Assembly (NCBI GenBank): GCA_964537525.1
Contig: CAZIAB010000001.1
Span: 425-64,424, forward strand
From: an uncultured archaeon
GTDB lineage: Archaea; Aenigmatarchaeota; Aenigmatarchaeia; QMZP01
Reading direction: 5' to 3'
DNA length: 64,000 nt
The notes below the pieces were generated by a model. The model worked only from the letters and a program-made list of their open reading frames with translations, did no database searches and was not told the origin of the DNA. The number at the start of each line of letters is the position of its first letter. The first letter of the stretch is position 1. The translations under genes and the position numbers were made by a program. Below, piece after piece: positions 51,297-62,000 of the stretch.

Positions 51297-53060
51297 TCAT
51301 CCACCAAGAAGCTTCTTCGTTTTCTGGAATGCCTCCCTGCTTATCAAACCGCTCCTGAAGGATTCCTCAAGCTCCTTCAGCATCATCTCCCTCCTGGATA
51401 GCTTCTTTCCTTCTGTCTCCATCCGTTCCGCTTCCTTTTTCCCTGCTTTCTTTGGCTGCTCCCTTGCAGGCTTTGCTCCTTCCTTTACACGTTCTCCTGT
51501 TTCCGCTGTTTCCATGGGATTCTCTGGAGCGGTTTCCTGCTCACCTTCCACTGCAGGCTCTTTTGCCTGTTTTGCATGCTCGCCTGTTTCCGTAGGCTCT
51601 TCTGCAGGAGACGGCGCGGAAATCTTTCCTTCGGGGGCGGGGGCGCCGCTCCTCTCTCCTGCTATCTTCTTCTCAATCTCCTTCAGCCTGTCAAGGTTCA
51701 GCTTCTTTGCCTTCTCGTATTCGTCCTTCTTGAGGGTCCCTGCCTTGAACTGCTCCTCCATCATCTCGAGCACGGAATTTATCTCATCCTTCTGCTCCTG
51801 GTACTTGACGAGCCTGGGCGATTCCTGCATGCCCGTGTCTGCCATGGCTGACATCCTTGTCTCGAGGTTGTCCCTCATCTCCTCTAGTTCTTCCTTTGTC
51901 ACCAGACCTGACGTCTTGGTGTTGACCTCGTCCATACCCTTCATCATCTCCTGTATGAGCTCGCTGGCAGTGTCCTGCTTTGCCTTGTAGAGCATGAAGT
52001 CCTCAAGGCGCTTGTTCAGCTCCATGAATATCCCGTCAATCTTGTCACCCACCCTCTTGATTCTCTTTTCTGTCTCGTCTACCATTATCATCCTGCTCGC
52101 TATGTTCTTGCTGAACTCGACCACCTTCTCGAGGCTTCCCATCTCGCTGAGAACGGATTCGACCAGTCCCACCTTCTTTATTATAACTGACGTGATTTCG
52201 TCCAGCTTCTCTATCTTGGCCTCGTTCTGCTTTATGTCAGAGTCCAGCTTCGTGAGCAGCTTGGTGAACCTCTCTGGCTTGAGCGTGGCCATTGTCTCGT
52301 TCATGTCCTCTGTCTTCATTGCCACGTCGCTGAGCCGCCCGTCTATGCTCGCTGTGCTGGACCTCAGTTCTCCCAGCTCCTCCATTATTCTCCTCACGGT
52401 ATCTGCATTGCCGTCCTTCTCGTCCTTCACGGCGTCCAAGAATGCCTTGAGCTTCTCGAGCTGGACCTGCATCTTCTCCACCCTCGGAAGGACCTCTATA
52501 CCAGATGGCCTTATCTCGTTCACGAGCCTGGTTATGATGTTCTTTATGTCAGCGGTGTCTACCGTTCCTACTGCCGCCATGTCCTTTGAAATCTTCTTTG
52601 CCGGCTCAGGAGGTGCGGCGACCGGTTCAGCGGAGGGAAGCTCGTCCCCGCCAAGACCCTCGCCCGGACCGGGTTGTGACATGGGGATTATGGGTTCATC
52701 ATACTTCTCCTCCTTTGATTCCTTTGCAGGTTCTCCTGTATCCGATGGCTTGGCCTTCCTTCCTTTCTTCGGTTTCTTGGCCTTGCCTTTGGCTTTCTTT
52801 GGTTTTTCTTCCATTTCTCCTTCTTCCGGTACCTCTGCGGGCACTGCAGCAGCGGGAGATTCTTTATCAACCTCCTCCTCGAGCTTCGCTATCTCTGCCT
52901 TGATTTCATCGAGCTTCTTCTGGTTCTTTCCCTTTACCTCATTGTAATGCTCCTCGCTTATGCTTGCCTCGTTGTATGCCTCTTCCAGCGAGGACAGGAG
53001 CATCTCTATGTCCTCCTTCTGTTTCTGCATCTCAACGAGTTTTTCCTTCTTTCCGGGCAT
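51297..53060 (-). CDS. cytoplasmic coiled-coil protein (587 aa) with three SHOCT-like motifs (N-terminal, internal, C-terminal), a lysine-rich low-complexity linker and P/A/E-rich spacers
   Basis: N-terminal ...LEEAYNEASISEEHYNEVKGKNQKKL. Linker KPKKAKGKAKKPKKGRKAKP. Internal ...EEQFKAGTLKKDEYEKAKKLNLDRL. C-terminal REMMLKELEESFRSGLISREAFQKTKKLLGG, which is a near-consensus SHOCT motif. No TM. Its stop abuts the start of the 1972-aa gene, and it lies 12 bp downstream of the giant ATPase-fusion gene. Confidence 0.65.
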   Translation of the reverse strand: MPGKKEKLVEMQKQKEDIEMLLSSLEEAYNEASISEEHYNEVKGKNQKKLDEIKAEIAKLEEEVDKESPAAAVPAEVPEEGEMEEKPKKAKGKAKKPKKGRKAKPSDTGEPAKESKEEKYDEPIIPMSQPGPGEGLGGDELPSAEPVAAPPEPAKKISKDMAAVGTVDTADIKNIITRLVNEIRPSGIEVLPRVEKMQVQLEKLKAFLDAVKDEKDGNADTVRRIMEELGELRSSTASIDGRLSDVAMKTEDMNETMATLKPERFTKLLTKLDSDIKQNEAKIEKLDEITSVIIKKVGLVESVLSEMGSLEKVVEFSKNIASRMIMVDETEKRIKRVGDKIDGIFMELNKRLEDFMLYKAKQDTASELIQEMMKGMDEVNTKTSGLVTKEELEEMRDNLETRMSAMADTGMQESPRLVKYQEQKDEINSVLEMMEEQFKAGTLKKDEYEKAKKLNLDRLKEIEKKIAGERSGAPAPEGKISAPSPAEEPTETGEHAKQAKEPAVEGEQETAPENPMETAETGERVKEGAKPAREQPKKAGKKEAERMETEGKKLSRREMMLKELEESFRSGLISREAFQKTKKLLGG

Positions 53061-53072
53061 GTCTTACACCTC

Positions 53073-56000
53073 CTATTTAATGGTTCCTCCAATCTTCCGG
53101 ATCCTGTTCCTGACAGAATCCATGTATGTCTTGGCCATCGTGAACATCGTTTGCCTGACCTTGTCCTTGGCCAGCTTCAACTCAAACTCAATGTCAGTCA
53201 CGTCAAGTCCCCTTGACTTCAACCTCGCAACCTCCATCTCGATTTCATTGAGCTCGGTGTCGTACTTGACATAGGTGTTTATCTCGACCTCCGAGAGCCT
53301 TCCGACGTCATGGAGGAGCGGCCTGAACTCTATGAAATAGGGCTTTCCGTGGTTGAACTCGGCGTTCTGGAACATTCCAGTCCCTGTCTTGAGCTTGGTG
53401 ATAGTTGAAGCATACTCTGAGCCGTACTTCTGCTTGACCCTCCTGATGTCGCCCGTGTATTTCGTTCGCATCTGTATCTCGTTGGATATGTTGGCCCTGA
53501 TGGCCCCCTTGAAGTCCATGAGTACCTGCGATATCAGCCAGATGCCAATCCCCCACTTTCGGAACTCTCTGCAACCCCTCTCCAGCGCTACATAGCCGCC
53601 CTTCCCGCCATACTTCGGGAGAAGGCGATGGACCTCATCGTAGACAATGAAGAGCTTCAGCTCCCTTGCCTCTGGCCACGGTATCTTGAATATGTCGCTT
53701 ATCGTCCTCCTGACGAATGTGTCAAGCTGGGCCGGGTCCATCTTGTCTATCAGGACTACCGTTATCTCCCCGGGCACCATGTAGTTCCTGACGTCTATGC
53801 TGGTCTCGGGGTCTGTTATCTTGATTAGCCTCCCGGGGAACCTCTTGGCGTCCGTAGGCTTAAGGCCGAAGTTCGGGTAGAGGTCAAGCATCTTCTTGTC
53901 CCTGCAGGGCCTCAGGAACCCTGTCCACTGCGCAGTGGGGTCGAAAACTATGATGGGAATCTTCCTCTTCAGGAGCTCTTCCACGGCAATCATCGCAGAG
54001 ACCGTCTTGCCCGCTCCTGTAGAGCCGGCGGATATGCCGTGGGTCTGGAGCTGCCTCACGTCCATGTACGCATTGACGTCTGTCTCTGCAATCCTTCCTA
54101 TGAGGAATGAATCTTTCCCTGCCTGCGGGAGCTTCTTCATGTCCATCGGGAATATGTATCGCGACTTCTTCTTGTGCTTCTCCTTCCACCATCTCCATGC
54201 ATAGAACCCGCCGTATACGGCAGGAATCATCATGAACATTATCAGGTATGTCACCCATGACATGAAGACGTTCCTCAGGGCGACGAGCAGTCCGGGAAGC
54301 TCGGTGACCTCGAACGCATCCGAGGCGAACGCATATTTCGTCCCGTACCAGTATGAGACGTTTGCCTCTATCACGTACCTGTCATACGGCGTCTCATAAG
54401 GTATCGTGATGTTCCTCCTGAAGGCATACTTCTGCTCGACGCCCACGGTCTCCTTCATGGTCGTGATAATCTCGTCCGTGTTGAGGTTCTTTATCTTGTA
54501 TTCGGCGACTATGTCCTCGACCGTCGCGGTCTCTCCCATGTTGACGAGCGTTACCTCGAACCTGAACTCCTCGCCTGGAGCGACGGTCTTTGTCAGGGCC
54601 TTTATGGCGACGTCGAGCAGGGGTATCGGGACCTGGACCACGTTTATAGTGACCGGCGTCCTGTAGGTCTTGTTGAGCTCCACCAGGTGGGTTATTATGT
54701 CGCCCGTGTATATCCCCGGTGCCGTATTGGGCATGCTGTAGAGCTTTATCTTTATCTGCTCTGTCTGGCCGCCGGCAACCGTTATCAGCGGCCTCTCTAT
54801 GGTTACCATGTCCCATATGGGCGAGCCTGCCTGCACGCTGGTCTCAACTGTTATGGGGGTATTCCTGTTGTTCCTGATTTCCATGGAGTGTATCTCATAA
54901 TCCCCCTGGTCAAGGACGACGTATATCAGCGTTGAATCTATCTCTATCTGTGGCGCCCCTCCTGCCGCCCCTGCTGCTGCCCCGGCACCTGCCCCGGCAC
55001 CGCCGGCCGCGCCTCCGCCCCCTCCTCCTTCTGCCGGCGGAGGCGGCTCAGGGATGATTATCGGGCAGTCAGTGGGGCAGTTGGCGTTGGACTCTCCGTA
55101 ATCATCATGACAGATCCTGTCACCGCAAATGTACTGAGCGAGGACGAATGCCCCTGTCATCGTGGTCGAGTTCGCTGTGACTATTCCGCTCGACGTGTTG
55201 ACGTCCGTGTCGAGCCTCGTCCACCCGGTCGCGTTGGTGCATCCGCTCAAAAGGACCCAGGACGAGCACCTGTATATCCCGAGCGACGTGAGGGAAAAGT
55301 CGTTCGTCTTGCACGTTCCTGCCGTGTAGCACTCTTCAGAGGTGAAGTTCACCGTTCCGTAGGTGTAGTTGAGCTGGCTGGTGTTTATCCAGACACCCTT
55401 GAGCGACTTGGTCGGGAGGCGGACGTTCGGTATTTCACCGAACATGTATGGGTTGTAGACGTCATCCTGGAGGTATGTGTTGTAGAGGGTCGCGGTCTCG
55501 TTGAGGAAGTCCGTCCTTATGTCATAGGCCCTCATGTCAATGGTCTCGTTGTAGTATCCGCCGAGCGTGGCGTTGCTGGCGAAGTTGAACAGGACCGTGG
55601 ACTCTCCGGGTACGAAAAGGGTGAAGTCTACTGATATCGCGGGCTTGTGTATCTTCTCCTCGTCCTTCGTATAGCCGTGGAATATGACCGCAGGGTATAT
55701 CTCGAAGCTCGTGTTGGTCGAGTTGCAGTTACCGGAATAGTCGCACGCGGTGGTGCTCGCGTAATGGACCCCAACCTGGCTTGTGTTGGAGAAATACTGG
55801 CGGAAGGTGTAGATATCACCGGTCATGTAAAGGTAGGTCATGTCGTAGACCTGCGTTGAGATGTCAGGGTATGTTATCGTCAGGGTCGCGTTCTTCACTC
55901 CTCCTGTATCGGTCGCGTTCGTTATTATCTCCACTGTGGAGTTGGACGGCACCTTGGCGGGAACGTAGAGGCTGATGAGTGGGGGATAGGGGTCCTGGTA

Positions 56001-59000
56001 TATTATGGCCTTTGTCTCATAGTCAGAGAGCACGAGGCTGTAGTTCGTGTAAATCACGGTCAGGTTCAGGTCATATCCCCTTGCCAGGGATATGTTCGGG
56101 GCCGTTATGTTCATCCCCCAGAGGTTCGTCGTGTTGGAGAAGGTCAGGTTATTGAACGTCATCTGCTGGGACCAGGTCGCGTTCCTCATCACCAGGGTGA
56201 AGTTGAGGTAGTTGCTGTCGTTCAGGGGAAGGCCTCCATAGGTCACATTGGCATAGACCCAGGTGCTCTGGCCGGGGGTTATGTTTATGGTCGGGCTCGT
56301 CTCGGTGGGGCTCGTTATGTTGAGGGAATAGGGATGGACGCGGAGGTAGACAGTCGTGTATCTGGTCGGCGGGTCGGCGCTGACATTCTGCGTGGTAACG
56401 AGCCCGGAATAGTTGGTGAACGACGCGACGAAGGGCGCGGTGTAGTTTATCCTCAGAGTCTCGTAGTTTCCTATGGGCATGTAGAGCCTGGTGGCGTTTA
56501 TCCCTATGTAAGGGTAGATGTCGCCTGACTTGACGATGTCCAGTATCACGTATGCGTTGCCTATATTCTGTATCTCTATGTACCCGAAGGTGCCCGAAGT
56601 CTGGTGGCTTACCGTGACGTCAATCACTGGCGGGGTCTGCAGCCAGGAAAGGTTGAGAGGGACATTCACCACCAGGGTCACGGTGTCAGTTGAAAGGCCG
56701 GAGGCGTTGGCCTGGAGCGTCCCGAAGTACTGGCCCGTCTCGTACATCATCGGCACCCCCACATCAACGTTTACGTATTCATAGTCTCCCGGCTCTATCA
56801 GGGATATGTTGACGGGGTAGTAGGTCTGGGTGAAGTTCGAGCACACGGTACCGGAAAGGCAGTGGAAGGTTATGTTTGTGGCGTTGGCGTTTCCTATTGA
56901 CTGTATGGTCATGGTGCTGTTGTATGAGTTCCCGCCCATTATCACGTATGAAAGGTTTGCCTGGACTATGTCTATCATGGGATTCGGGAGGACGTTCACT
57001 ATTATGGAGGTCGTGTTGCTTCCTGCAGAGGAGTCAAGGTTGGTCCAGTTGGAGCTTATGTTCACGTAATACTCGCCAGGTAGCGTGCCGTTGACTATGT
57101 ATATCCTTGACTCGCCCGTGCCAGAGCTGTATTTCATTATTGTTCCCACGGAGAAGGTGTTCGGTATTGAGGTCCAGCCTGACGGGATGCTTATGTTCGC
57201 ATTGACGCTGTATGCGCGGGCGTATTCAGGCGACAGGGTGAAGTTGACGTCGAACGAGCTTCCGGTGTATAGCCTTACGTCAGAGATGTTCACGTAAGTA
57301 ACGTTGGGCTCTATGAGCATGGGGGTATTGGCGGCCCCGAGGACAGGGACCTTTGCGGTGCATCCCCAGAGTCCTGCGGTGTCGTTCGCGCAGACGCTGA
57401 TATTGTGGTAGCCTCCCGATGTTCCGTTATAAGTGACGTTGTAGACCGGCTTCAGCGCGCCGCTCATGTACTGCTTCAGGATGGTCCCGTTCGGGAGGGT
57501 CACGTTTATCCATGCCGTGCTCACGTCGAAATTGTCTGTTATGCGAGCGGATATGTTCACGACCTCGAACCCTACCTCGAATACCATAGGGGTTATGTTG
57601 ACCTGGGTTATGTTCGGGGGTATGTCCGTGACATTAAGATAGAAGTCTGTCCCGTATTCGTTCGGTGTTGCGGTGGTGTTCCTTGTCAGCAGGTTGACAT
57701 AATAGAGTCCCTGCTGCTGTCCGGAAAGAATCTGGTAGTAGACCGAGACGTTCCTCCTGGTCTGCTTGTCAAGGTCGAAGTAGCTCGGTTCCGTATAGAC
57801 AAGGTCTGTCCCATTGCCGAGCTTGTAGACCCTGAAGGCGGTCTTCCTGTTGCCGGTGTTGTAGACGCTTATGTTGCCTATGAACCCTGATGTATTGAGT
57901 AGGGCAAGGACCTTTGTGAAGTTGGTCGGGGTCCTCCACCACGAGGTGTTGAGAGGAACGGTTATGTTTATCATGGAATCGTCGGTCCCTGCGTTGCTCG
58001 TGGTTGCCCTCAGGTACGTCCAGTAGTCATCGGGGTCCTGGCCCGCGGGTATGATTGCGGTGAGCTGGACAGTGAAATTGTATCCTGCTGCGAGGAAGCC
58101 CTGGGTCGATGGGATTATCGTTATCTCGCACTCCGGGCATTCTGTCGCGAAGTTGCCTGCGGCGTCAACGAGAGCGAGCTCTATGTCCTCCACCGCGTCG
58201 TTGCCCGAGGAAACGACCGTCACGCTCCCTATATAGGTCGTCTTGTCGTGCGGGGTGGTGTTGTGCAGGTAGCTGGGCGTTATCTCCACCACCGGGTTGG
58301 AAGAGACGTCAAACATGGTGTAGTTGCTGCTCATGTTCGTGGTCAGTTCCGGGTTGGTCCACGAGGCATTGACCCAGAGCTTTATAAGCATCGGGGGCGT
58401 TCCCTCAGGGACCCTGACATGGAGGTCCCACGTGCAGTTATCCCATGGGGCCATGTCGCCGCACGACTGGAAGGTGTCGTTGATTTCTATGGTGTCGTTG
58501 GGCTCATCGTAAGCAATCAGCTCGACGTCATACATGTTCGCCGGGCCCTCGCTGGTGAAGTTGACCACGAGGTCAACCTCGAAGTCATTGGACTGCGTTA
58601 TGCCATTGACCAGGACCTCATAGGTCGTGTAGACCCTGCCCCACGACTTGCCCCAGACGGAAAGGTTGCCCGCGTAGCTGTAGTTCTTGTTGTATTCCCA
58701 GCCGAGGTCCCTGGCCCAGACCGTGACGGCGTGCTCACCGTCTATCAGCGGGACATAGGTGAGCCTGTATAAATCTCCGCTGGGGGTCATGTTGGTCATG
58801 GTGTGGTTGTGGATGCTGCCGTTCGGGAGCTCTATCTGCGCCCAGACCAGGTCGACCCCTATATCGTCTGTCACGTTCGCCGTTATGTTGGTGTAGTTCA
58901 GGTTCGCCTCGAGGCTCACGTTCGGGATGGCCGATACGTTGGTTATGACGGGGGGTGTCACGTCGCGGACGTAGAGGCTTCCCTCTGCCTGGTCCGTGTG

Positions 59001-62000
59001 GACGATTATCTCCATCTCAGGGGCATCCGTTATGTTGCACTTGAAGGTTATGTTACCCTTCTGCACGGGCTCGAATGTGTAGTTCGTATAGCCCGTGCTG
59101 TTGGTGGTGAAGTTCTCTATGAACTGGTAAGGCTGGCTGTACCAGTGATACCAGAGATCGACGTCATAGTTCGGGATGCCGTTCATGGATTCCGAGTCGA
59201 TGACCCTGCATATGGTAGTGAAATTTATTGGGTAGGGGAGCTGCGTCCCGTTCGTTGGGTATATCCACTGGACTATTGAGAGGCCGGAAACTATTATGGT
59301 CACGTAATCCTCGCCGGATGCGTAATAGGTCTTGCTGGCGTTGGCCTTGATTGTCCGGTTTCCGGTCGCCTGGTTGCTCAGGTTTAGCGGCCTGGAGATG
59401 CCATCGCCAAGGTAGGAGCTTTCATTCCACCAGAGAGGGTTGGTTGTCGCGGTCATGTCATTTCCCATCTCGTCTGTTACGTCAACCGTAAGCGTCACGG
59501 TCTCGTTCTTTGCGTATGCGGTGTTGTTCTCAGGGGATGTTATGTTGAGGATAAGGACGCCCCTCACCTCGAGGTATGTTTCGTAGGTGTCGGAATCCTC
59601 TAGCCCGCTCTTGGTTGCATTGATGTATACGGTGTAGTTGCCGGGGTTGATGGTGTCAGTGACGTTATAGGTGATGTTGCAGTTGCCCACGGAATTGGTT
59701 ATGCAGAAGTCTATGAAGCCGGTAGAGTTCCAGAACGTGACGTTCGCCCCTGCCGCATTGCCCACGTTGGCGTCCTTAACGTGCACGTCTATCTCTGTCT
59801 CGTGCGGGCTATAGCTGTCGTTCCTGTATATCCATGCCTCCGAGAGGTCGATGTCGTCTATCTTGAGCTGTCTCCTCACCCTTATTATGGACGTCCTGTA
59901 GCTCATGTTCGTCGTGGTGTTGTAGTAGAGAGTGCTGTCGTTGCCTATGGTGCAGGTTATGTTGTAATAGTCAGGACTCTCGAGCCCGGTGTTCCAGTTC
60001 CACGTTGCCTCGCCAGTCCCGTCGCTGTCGTCGCTGTCCTGGTATGTGCCGTTCTTGTAGAAGGACACGTTGTATCCCGTTATTACCTGGTTGGTGTTGT
60101 TGTCCCGGACGTAGCACCTCAAGGTCACCCACGTCCCTGCATCGACCTCTGTCCCGTTCGCTGGCAGGATGTTATAGACCCAGCTCCATCCATAGACAAG
60201 GACGCTGGTCTGGTTGTTGCCCAGGTCGAAATACTGCCTCGTGGCGTTCATCCTCAGTATCTCGGAGCCGAGGACGTAGTTATAAGGAACGAGCCACGTC
60301 GAGTTATACCACCCCTGGCTCCCGTCAGTGGTGTCGTTGATAAGAATCCAGCTCTCGTTGAACCAGTAGGCATGGGAATCGCTTATCTGGTTGCCGCATT
60401 CGTCGCCTACCGTGAGGTTCAGCGTTTCCGTGACGTTCCTGTTGAGGACCTGGCCTGAGGAGGGGCTGGTGGTGTTCACGTAAAGCTGGCCGTAAACGGT
60501 GAGGGGCCTCGCCGACGCGTTCAGCGGCTGGTAGCATGAGTCTGAAGTCCCTCCAATCCAGTACTGGACCCCGACATCGGAACCGCAGTCAGGAGGATAG
60601 TCCACAGAGCACCTCCCGCTGTCCGCGGTGGTGCAGTCCATCTCCACGGTGTAGTTGGCGTGGTCCTCTGTGACCCAGACCTTGCCGTCCGTCCCGTTGG
60701 GGTATTCTCCCTCGTCGTAATCGTAAATCACGAATTCGAGGAAGGCAGTCTGGGAGCCGAGCCTCCTTACGGTAGAGTTGGAACTGCCCAGGCTGAAGCT
60801 CACGTTGTCGGCCTCTATGGTGAAGTTGTAGGGCCCTATCTCGTCGCTGAAGTTGAACTGGTCAACCGTCATGAACCTGTACTGGTTGACGCCCATGTCA
60901 GCGCACGTGAACTCCTGGTAGAAGTATACGTATTTCCCGATGAGGTTGTTCTTGTAGGTCTCGTTTATAAGAGTCCAGTTGGTCCAGTCCCCGGCAGTCT
61001 GGTTCCATATCCTCTTCCACAGGGTCACGTTGTTGTAGTTGCCGTCATTGTCGGTCACCCTCACGGCAAAGGTGAACGTCCTTCCCCAGCCGTCAAGCGT
61101 CGGGCTGACGCTCGGGTTGGAGAGCACAGGGGCAAGCCCGAGGAAGAACTTGTTGATATAGAAGGACTCGTTGTTCCCGTAGAAGGTCTTGGAAACCACC
61201 ATGCTCAGGTTATACCAGCCTGTCCCCCTCGCTGTGTCGAGCCATGTAAAGTTATACCAGCCTCCGCCCTCGGACCATGAGCCGTACGAGCTTGTGTTGT
61301 GTATCGGGTTCGTGTTGCTCCTGTTGTAGTAGTTGGGGAATATCATCATGCTGTATATGACATTCGCGTCCGCAACCATCTCGCAGTCATCGTTTATGGT
61401 GCCGTTCATTATGACCGGCTGGCCCCAGAGGAATCCCTCGCCGTTCGGGTAATGTATTACCGGAACCAGGTTGCTCTTTATCGTAAGGTTGTATTCGCTC
61501 GAGTTGGCTGACTTGAAGCAGGTATCGTTCTGCAACCCTCCGGAGCCACCCTTCCATATCTGGTTTCCTGTCGTGTAGTTGCATTCCTGTATTGGCGCGT
61601 CCGTGGGGAAGAAGTAGCTTATGTGGCCGCTTCCGTTGGAGACCGTGGTTATTCCCGGGTCCCATGAGGTCGGGTCTGATGCGTTGGTGGTTACCCAGAA
61701 GCTCGCGTTCACGTTCGAGCCCGCGGTCATGCCCCTGTCAGTGTCCCATATGCGGAGGGAAAGCTCCTGCTCGTCGCTGCCGTTCCTCCAGACGTATTCG
61801 TCGTCTCCCATGTAATACTGGACCTGGACGTCGTCCTTCTCCACGGTGTAGTTGACGGGTGAGGTCTGGTTCTCCAGGGCAGGTATCCTCGTGTCCTGCG
61901 CGTGGAAGTAGTATTCCCATGTATCTATGTTGTTGCAGTCGGTTTCCTGCCACGAAAGTATTGCGTTCTCCGATATCGGACCGTAGAGGGTGGTAGTGTT

